A stretch of 64,000 nt of DNA from Bacteroidota bacterium. Lineage in GTDB: Bacteria; Bacteroidota; Bacteroidia; Bacteroidales; NBLH01. A program made the position numbers and the translations under genes. The stretch covers positions 2,012 through 66,011 of the forward strand of contig JANYKN010000004.1 in the NCBI GenBank assembly GCA_025361565.1. Direction: 5' to 3'. The notes beneath the pieces were generated by a model. The model saw nothing but the letters and a program-made list of their open reading frames with translations, was not told the origin of the DNA and did not search any database. Positions within the stretch are counted from its first letter, which is position 1, and every line of letters starts with the position of its first letter. Of this stretch, positions 59,516 to 64,000 are shown piece after piece.

Positions 59516-60235
59516 ATGAAAAAAATACTATTAATATGCGGCTTATTTTCTGTTACAGTCAATTTGTTTGCACAGTTTGAATATAACAGCCAAGGAAATA
59601 TAGTCCCATTCTCATTAAGTGACAAATATAAAGACATAATAGATACTTCAAAGGTAAATACATGCATGCTGCCTTCCTATAACAATGATTCATTGTATTG
59701 GGAAGCTAATTTTGAAGCAATGTATATTAAAAGAAAAGATATTGGTCTTAAAGTTGGTTTTCCTCTCGACACTTTGATTGATTTTAAAAAGCAAGCCAAT
59801 AAATATAGAATACAAGGAGGTACTTTGTGGCTTTATAAAATTGAGAGCAAAACAGCAAAAAGTATAAGTATAATATATAAAGACTTTGAAATTCCTGAAG
59901 GAGGGATCTTCTCAGTTTATCCTTCAAATTCGAAGTTGCAGGATAATGAGCGCAGAGTATACGATAAAAATGCGTGGGGAAAAATTAAAATTCATTTTTG
60001 GAATTTGGTAATTGGAAACAATATGTATATTGAATATTTCGAACCTGATCAATCCAATTGCAAACCTGAGATAATAATTAGTAAAATTATTTATGGGTAT
60101 TACGATAAAAAAAAAAGTGGACTAGAGACGCTCCCGAATCACTTAAAAAAAAATATCCCAACTTCAATTTTGAAAGAGAGTGCATTAGAAAATAAGTGCA
60201 AGTACTTTTTTTGCAATAAATGGAATAATTTATAA
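59516..60235 (+). CDS. Secreted hypothetical protein; resembles the N-terminal pro-region of Bacteroidota lysyl-endopeptidase-like S1 proteases, with the catalytic domain absent (possible gene fragment)
   Basis: 239 aa with a signal peptide. The pattern LPSYNNDSL...GGTLWLYKIESKTAKSISIIYKDFEIPEGGIFSVYP...MYIEYFEP...IISKIIYGY matches my recollection of that pro-domain. The ORF ends 33 nt before a REP block. Confidence 0.4.
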   Translation: MKKILLICGLFSVTVNLFAQFEYNSQGNIVPFSLSDKYKDIIDTSKVNTCMLPSYNNDSLYWEANFEAMYIKRKDIGLKVGFPLDTLIDFKKQANKYRIQGGTLWLYKIESKTAKSISIIYKDFEIPEGGIFSVYPSNSKLQDNERRVYDKNAWGKIKIHFWNLVIGNNMYIEYFEPDQSNCKPEIIISKIIYGYYDKKKSGLETLPNHLKKNIPTSILKESALENKCKYFFCNKWNNL

Positions 60236-60267
60236 ATAGATATTTTCGAAATGCGAAGTTAATCCAT

Positions 60268-60375
60268 CGCTGATGCAAGCTTGTAGCTCATCTCGCTGGC
60301 GCGAGTTTGTAACTTATGCCACCTCTGAAACAATGAATCCATAAATTTATTATCTTTGTTTTGATGAGCAGAAAA
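60268..60375 (+). repeat. Solo REP/RAYT left end (unit II): degenerate REP + REP + RAYT 5' leader with a truncated start
   Basis: There is a degenerate REP at 60268-60293 and a REP, CGCTGGCGCGAGTTTGTAACTTATGCCAC, at 60294-60322. The leader CTCTGAAACAATGAATCCATAAATTTATTATCTTTGTTTTGATGAGC is nearly identical to 62023-62069. Confidence 0.7.
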
Positions 60376-60450
60376 ATCTAATTTCCAAAACGAATAAAGC
60401 TTTTTCTTTATTCTTGCTGTAATTAGACTTTAATATAGTAAAACCTTAAA

Positions 60451-61890
60451 ATGCAGCAGTTAGATAAACTCTCCATTAAAACCAATATTGTAAATTTATC
60501 CCTTTTTTTTATATTTTTTACACTGCTCACATGGTTTGTTTCCGATCAAATTTTCTTTTGGGATACCATACAACTCGGAGCAAAACATGGTCTCTTTTTT
60601 TATGAAAATAATTTTTCATCCATACTATTACCAGATAATATCGATAGCGGACATATTCCTACTTTTGGAATGTATTTGGCCATTTGCTGGAAAATATTCG
60701 GTAAATCTTTGTTGGTAAGTCATTTTGCCATTTTGCCTTTTTTGCTGGGGATTGTATGGCAAGCCTATATTTTATTGAAAAAATATATCAATCCAAAATA
60801 TATCTATTTTGCGTTAACGCTCTTTCTTGCCGATGCTACTTTTTTAAGCCAAGCCACTTTAATCAGCCCCGATGTTGTGTTGGTTTTTCTGTTTTTGCTT
60901 GGTTTAAATGCAGTACTAAGGAACAAAAAAGTATTGGTTTCAATAGCTTGTGCAGGGCTTGTTTTAATCAGTATGCGCGGCATGATGGTTGCGTTTTCCT
61001 TATTAATTTTAGACATTATCCTAAATGTAAAGTTTGACGATTTTAAGTCTGTATTTTTTCAATTGGTAAAAAAGACAATTGTTTATTTTCCTGCTTTTAT
61101 TGTTTTCACAAGCTATTATTTATATCATTATTACTCAAAGGGCTGGATAGCTTACCATGCAGATTCTCCATGGGAACAGAGTTTTCAATTGGTTGATTTT
61201 AGTGGTTTTATTTTTAACACAGGAATTCTTGGTTGGCGGATATTGGATTTTGGACGTGTTTTTCTTTGGTTGTTTTCAGGTATTATCACGATTAAATATT
61301 TTAAGAATCTGATACATGACAAAAAACTGATACAAATCCTTTTCATTTTTATTATAGTATTAATCTGTTTATCAGTAAGTTTTGTATTATATCAAGGCTT
61401 AAGCGGACATCGTTATTTATTGCCGGTTTATCTTATTTTTTCATTATTTACCTGTTATCTTGTTTTTGAAAAGCTGAAAGTTGAAAGATTGAAATATATC
61501 ATTTTTTCGATATTACTTGTTGGTTCGTTGACTGGGAATTTGTGGATTTACCCCGAAAAAATAGCCATGGGATGGGATTCGACTTTGGCTCATTTACCTT
61601 ATTACCATTTACGAAAACAAATGCTTGATTATTTGAATGAAAACAAGATTAAAACTGGTGATGTTGGTTGTGATTTCCCGAACCTTTCGGAACAAAAGTA
61701 TATGGAGCTAAATGACGATTTGCAAAAGCATCACGAAAAAAACTTAGATACAGACAAATATGTTTTATACTCCAATGTTTATAATGGCTTTAGCGATAAT
61801 GAAATTGACAGACTAAAAACTGATTTTATACTTTTAAAAGAGTACAAACAGTTTGGGGTATTTATGAGGATTTATAAAAGGAAAATATGA
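60451..61890 (+). CDS. GT-C fold glycosyltransferase, family 39/83-like (ArnT/PMT_2-like)
   Basis: 479 aa with about 12 TM helices. The first periplasmic loop, DSGHIPTFGMYLAICWKIFGKS, resembles the ArnT-like GHPPL segment. Confidence 0.55.
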   Translation: MQQLDKLSIKTNIVNLSLFFIFFTLLTWFVSDQIFFWDTIQLGAKHGLFFYENNFSSILLPDNIDSGHIPTFGMYLAICWKIFGKSLLVSHFAILPFLLGIVWQAYILLKKYINPKYIYFALTLFLADATFLSQATLISPDVVLVFLFLLGLNAVLRNKKVLVSIACAGLVLISMRGMMVAFSLLILDIILNVKFDDFKSVFFQLVKKTIVYFPAFIVFTSYYLYHYYSKGWIAYHADSPWEQSFQLVDFSGFIFNTGILGWRILDFGRVFLWLFSGIITIKYFKNLIHDKKLIQILFIFIIVLICLSVSFVLYQGLSGHRYLLPVYLIFSLFTCYLVFEKLKVERLKYIIFSILLVGSLTGNLWIYPEKIAMGWDSTLAHLPYYHLRKQMLDYLNENKIKTGDVGCDFPNLSEQKYMELNDDLQKHHEKNLDTDKYVLYSNVYNGFSDNEIDRLKTDFILLKEYKQFGVFMRIYKRKI

Positions 61891-61892
61891 AT

Positions 61893-61981
61893 GGGCACGA
61901 GCTAGAAACTCGCGCCAGCTGGGGCATTTCATGCACAATGCCTCAACCGCCCCGCTGGCGCAAGCTTGTAGCTCGTGCCAC
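61893..61981. repeat. REPIN-like inverted REP doublet (R4/R5) with a 30-nt spacer
   Basis: GGGCACGAGCTAGAAACTCGCGCCAGC is at 61893-61919 and CCCCGCTGGCGCAAGCTTGTAGCTCGTGCCAC at 61950-61981. R4 starts 2 nt after the stop of the 60451-61890 gene. Confidence 0.8.
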
Positions 61982-61990
61982 TTCAAATAC

Positions 61991-62022
61991 TCCCGCTGGA
62001 GCGAGTTTGTAACTCGTGCCAC
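61991..62022. repeat. REP (R6), left flank of the RAYT gene
   Basis: TCCCGCTGGAGCGAGTTTGTAACTCGTGCCAC; an imperfect palindrome with a 3-nt loop. Confidence 0.8.
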
Positions 62023-62063
62023 CTCTAAAACAATGAATCTATAAATTTATTATCTTTGCTTTG

Positions 62064-62609
62064 ATGAGCCAAAAATACAAATTCCACAACAAAGAAGGAT
62101 TATACTTTATCAGCTTTGCCACTGTCTATTGGATAGATGTTTTTGTGCGGGATATTTATTTTGCAGTTATAACAGACAGTTTGGAATTTTGTAGGAAAAA
62201 CAAGGGAATGGAATTGTTTGCCTATTGCATATTGCCAAGCCATGTTCATTTAATCTTTCGCGATAGGAACAATGATCCGGGTAAATTAATTAAGGAACTG
62301 AAAACCTATACTTCAAAGAAAATGCAGGAAATAATATCAGAAAATATGCAGGAAAGTAGACGGGAATGGATACTTTGGATGATGGAGCGTGCCGGATTAA
62401 AAAACAGCAATGTCAAGAGCAAACAATTTTGGCAACAAAGCAATCATCCAATTGAGTTGTGGGGAAGCAAAGCAATTCAACAGAAATTAGAATACATTCA
62501 TAATAATCCTGTTGAAGCAGGTTTTGTAACTGAGCCACATCATTGGAAATACAGCAGTGCGGCTAATTTTTCTGGATCAGCTGGGATTATTGAAATTGAT
62601 GAGATTTGA
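62064..62609 (+). CDS. REP-associated tyrosine transposase (RAYT; IS200/IS605-like Y1 HUH transposase)
   Basis: 181 aa from the ATG at 62064 (the track start at 62061 is a TTG). It has the HUH motif LPSHVHLI, YFISFATVYWIDVF, FWQQSNH and KLEYIHNNPVEAGF, and is flanked by inverted REPs. Confidence 0.85.
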   Translation: MSQKYKFHNKEGLYFISFATVYWIDVFVRDIYFAVITDSLEFCRKNKGMELFAYCILPSHVHLIFRDRNNDPGKLIKELKTYTSKKMQEIISENMQESRREWILWMMERAGLKNSNVKSKQFWQQSNHPIELWGSKAIQQKLEYIHNNPVEAGFVTEPHHWKYSSAANFSGSAGIIEIDEI

Positions 62610-62614
62610 GGGAT

Positions 62615-62694
62615 GGGCACGAGCTATAAGCTCGCACCAGCTTTGGGGAAAAAAATTGATTTCCCCGCTTGCGCGAGCTTGTAGCTCGTGCCAC
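62615..62694. repeat. REPIN-like inverted REP doublet (R7/R8) with a GGGGAAA..TTTCCCC spacer
   Basis: GGGCACGAGCTATAAGCTCGCACCAGC is at 62615-62641 and CCCCGCTTGCGCGAGCTTGTAGCTCGTGCCAC at 62663-62694. Confidence 0.8.
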
Positions 62695-62853
62695 TTCAAA
62701 TACAGATAATCTATTAATTGACTATCTTTGTTTTGATGAGCCAAAATTATAAAACTGAAAATATAGTAGCATTGCTTATTTTACAGGATCTCGTGGAATT
62801 ATTGAAATTGATGAGATTTGATAGATGGGCACGAGTTACAAACTCGCGCCAGC
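62663..62853 (+). mobile_element. Mini-RAYT unit IV (twin of 59251-59436)
   Basis: The left REP is at 62663-62694, the relic ATG at 62736, the relic stop at 62819-62821 and the right REP at 62827-62853. Track ORF 62718-62936 is a read-through artefact of this element. Confidence 0.75.
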
Positions 62854-62871
62854 ATGTAGCCAGCAACGAGC

Positions 62872-63729
62872 TTAATCAAACCGCTGCTTATACCTGCATT
62901 TCATGCACAATGCCTCAACTGCTCGGTGGTTGGTAAATCCTTCGTAAATAGCCCTGGATCTTTCGTTTTTGATTATCTCAATAAAACTTTGTTCAAAAAT
63001 ATTCCCCAATTTAGTAATCCCTTCACCATCCAAGCAGCAGGGAACCACAGTTCCATCGGCCAGGATCGCAATCTGTTCGCGTAACGCATAACAGAAACCT
63101 TTTTCGTTGTGGTAATTGCTATTCATATCAGGCCACTCAAATTCATAGTCCGTATTTAAATAGAGATGTTCCCGTATTTTTAACCCTTTGCCTGTTATCA
63201 GGTTTTCTTCCAGTTTGTTATCGCCATAAAATTGGGTTTCGATGGCATTAAGTATAATTTTGTTTTTTTCGTTTGCCGATTCGTCTTCTTTGTTGAAGTT
63301 CCACAAACGCAATGCAATGATCATGTTGGTTTTTTCCAGCGCTTCATGCGCAAAATCAAGAATATCGGTCAGATAATTCACTTTATTGTTTTCGGTAAAA
63401 CTATGCAGCGAAAAATTGATTTGCCTGATTGCCGGTTTGTTAAGGAATTCTTCTTTTACTTTGTTTATCAACACGCCATTGGTGGTGATGTTTACCTTTA
63501 AATTAAATTCATATGCCATATCCAGAAATTCGTTGATTTGCGGATGGAGTAGGGGTTCTCCTTTTACATGGAGGTAAATATGATCGGTATAGGGTTTTAC
63601 TTCGTTCAGGATATGACGGAAAGATTCTTTTGTGAGCGTTTTGGGCTTTAATATGCTTTTATAGCAAAAGCTGCAGCTGAGGTTGCAGATGTTTGTGATT
63701 TCGATATATAATTTTTTAAATTTTTTCAT
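62872..63729 (-). CDS. Radical SAM protein with C-terminal Cys-rich (SPASM/twitch-like) region
   Basis: The start is trimmed to MKKFKKLYIEITNICNLSCSFC (CX3CX2C). The C-terminal region has CYAL...VPCCLDGEG...ALCMKC. The track start at 63774 runs into an upstream palindromic element. Confidence 0.8.
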   Translation of the reverse strand: MKKFKKLYIEITNICNLSCSFCYKSILKPKTLTKESFRHILNEVKPYTDHIYLHVKGEPLLHPQINEFLDMAYEFNLKVNITTNGVLINKVKEEFLNKPAIRQINFSLHSFTENNKVNYLTDILDFAHEALEKTNMIIALRLWNFNKEDESANEKNKIILNAIETQFYGDNKLEENLITGKGLKIREHLYLNTDYEFEWPDMNSNYHNEKGFCYALREQIAILADGTVVPCCLDGEGITKLGNIFEQSFIEIIKNERSRAIYEGFTNHRAVEALCMKCRYKQRFD

Positions 63730-63740
63730 ATTTAAGATTG

Positions 63741-63819
63741 GAACACGAATGACACAGATGATACGAATTTCCACAGATTTTATTCGTGTTTATTCGTCAT
63801 ATCCGCGTCATTCGTGTTC
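63741..63819. repeat. Palindromic ACGAAT/ATTCGT-rich intergenic element
   Basis: Perfect 13-bp arms GAACACGAATGAC (63741-63753) and GTCATTCGTGTTC (63807-63819) enclose further ACGAAT/ATTCGT copies. Confidence 0.7.
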
Positions 63820-63825
63820 TATGAA

Positions 63826-64000
63826 TTACCATTTAATATTCTGATCAATGAACTTGATCAAACTATCCGCCATCTTTTTATGTTCCAATATGTTGGGATG
63901 CCCCGGCGTATTTTTATACGGAACAAAAAAAGTATAAATAAAAGGATCGTTTAACGAAGCAACTGCTTTTTGAACATATCCCGGCCAAACCGAAGCTTTT
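63826..64000 (-). CDS. C-terminal end of an unidentified protein (N-terminus off the window)
   Basis: Hand translation of the minus strand gives ...KASVWPGYVQKAVASLNDPFIYTFFVPYKNTPGHPNILEHKKMADSLIKFIDQNIKW, with the stop at 63828-63826. It is open to the window edge. The GHPN..MA tail is faintly SGNH-hydrolase-like. Confidence 0.45.
   Translation of the reverse strand, partial: KASVWPGYVQKAVASLNDPFIYTFFVPYKNTPGHPNILEHKKMADSLIKFIDQNIKW

Noticed and set aside
61834-62022. Track ORF 61834-62022 (minus), together with ORF 62718-62936 (plus).
   Set aside because: Both read straight through REP palindromes and RAYT relic sequence (WARVTNS, HELQA and similar). They are artefacts of GC-rich repeats that lack stop codons.
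1-64000. A scan for tRNA, rRNA, tmRNA, CRISPR arrays, reverse transcriptase/retron or DGR signatures, and toxin-antitoxin pairs.
   Set aside because: The only GC-rich islands are the REPs and a few terminator stems. I saw no regularly spaced direct repeats, no T-loop-like GGTTCGAATCC motifs and no RT-like ORF.

Overview
This is an AT-rich (by eye about one-third G+C) chromosomal segment that looks like Bacteroidota. Supporting signs are a T9SS C-terminal sorting domain, a CarboxypepD_reg-type TonB-dependent receptor, TTTG/TAnnTTTG promoter-like boxes and mostly Shine-Dalgarno-free starts. All protein calls come from motif recognition in the supplied translations or my own hand translation; no database search was possible. 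Most of the window is housekeeping or envelope genes: ppk1, pepD, htrA, rocD, a partial arginine cluster (GNAT-argC-argD-argB-argE), ferredoxin, acyl-CoA ligases, glycosyltransferases and a secreted GH128-like glycosidase. I saw no tRNA, rRNA or CRISPR array. A TPR sensor histidine kinase on the minus strand at 1-1685 is missing from the ORF track because it runs off the window edge. The signals I consider most worth follow-up are these. (1) Two tandem mini-ORF/terminator units sit upstream of the arg cluster; both leader peptides carry Asn-Pro-x-Arg-Arg at codons 7-11, and the alternative RNA pairings fit ribosome-mediated arginine attenuation. (2) At 59.2-62.9 kb a GC-rich REP/REPIN plus RAYT (Y1 HUH transposase) 'REPtron' shows compensatory stem substitutions, two near-identical internally deleted 'mini-RAYT' relics, a solo left end next to an apparently truncated protease gene, and a 27-nt copy of a neighbouring gene's 3' end inside a REPIN spacer. 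(3) A membrane-anchored TIR-domain protein has a periplasmic lipocalin-like domain and a paralogous lipocalin lipoprotein next door. (4) A tightly packed OB-fold / CxxCH / YceI / beta-barrel / YceI cluster has its stop codon 1 nt from the start of a beta-propeller PP2C (SpoIIE) sensor. (5) A single polypeptide combines an adenylase, a carrier domain and an acyltransferase. (6) An hsp20 gene is interrupted by one in-frame TAA.
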